DNA of 64,000 nt. Origin: Glaucostegus cemiculus. Lineage: Eukaryota. How positions within the stretch are numbered: position 1 is the first letter of the stretch; each line of letters begins with the position of its first letter. A program made the position numbers and the translations under genes. The notes beneath the pieces are model-generated. The model made no database searches, was not told the origin of the DNA, and saw only the letters and a program-made list of their open reading frames with translations. Shown in pieces: positions 63,452 through 64,000 of the stretch. The DNA lies in assembly GCA_976551045.1 (NCBI GenBank), contig CDPCPM010000060.1:26412001-26476000 (forward strand), read 5' to 3'.

Positions 63452-64000
63452 GCAGAAGTTCTTAATTTCATTCGATACCCCCTTTTAAATATACAGAACA
63501 CGAGGTGGGAATAATTGCCTTAATGTCCAAGTTCTAACGAATTATTCCTCTATGTAGCTGAAGGGGAACCTTTGTATCTTTGACTAGTGAAGCGACATGC
63601 AACAGATGTATCCCCCAAATAATAAGCGGGACTTCTCTAAGAATATCCAAGTGTTTCAGATCCTACTCGTGCCGGGATGTTTGAGCAGGTTTTTAAAAGT
63701 CCATTATACGAAGCACAAGTCAGGGTTAGATCTCATAGAGGGAATATGGTTTCAAGATGATTTATGTCAGTCGGCAGAAGAAAATATAATAGCAATATCG
63801 AGTCTGACAATAGTTTAAGAGAGACATCTCCATAAACTTCATCCTTCAACTGAGGGACTGCGGCATTCTCCAGCGAATTAGGGGTTTAAGCATCGCTGTG
63901 ACAGTTTTTTTTAATCTTTTTTTTCTTATATGGCTAAAGACTTCTACAGGATTTAGACACTTCCCTTTCACAAGGGTTATAGTGAAAGCCAGTGTGTTTC

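Overview
Eukaryotic vertebrate DNA, almost certainly from a cartilaginous fish (shark/ray-type V-SINE, CR1, Rex/Babar-like, Penelope and DeuSINE-like repeats). The window holds the 5' half of a Pax6 locus on the + strand. Coding exons 4, 5, alternative 5a, 6 and 7 (paired domain plus linker) have canonical splice sites and human-identical sizes (131/42/216/166 bp). The homeodomain and PST exons lie beyond the window end. Upstream are non-coding exons 0-3, promoters P0 and P1, the pancreatic and ectodermal (lens) enhancers, and the intron-4 alpha/neuroretina element, all recognised from remembered mammalian sequence. A TE-rich, CpG-poor block (~12.4-32.7 kb) separates the gene from a second CpG-rich, CNE-like block (~1.6-12.3 kb). 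Main oddities: a degenerate tandem duplicate of exon 5a with an immediate in-frame stop; an exon-3-dependent uORF switch whose long form resembles the teleost Pax6 N-terminal extension but is 1 nt out of frame; a 64-bp inverted repeat in intron 6; a minimal hammerhead ribozyme in a Penelope-derived repeat; V-SINEs with two different LINE tails; and a well-formed antisense exon candidate. No wholly new biological system is demonstrated. Cross-species identifications rest on recall, not alignment, and repeat and enhancer boundaries are approximate.
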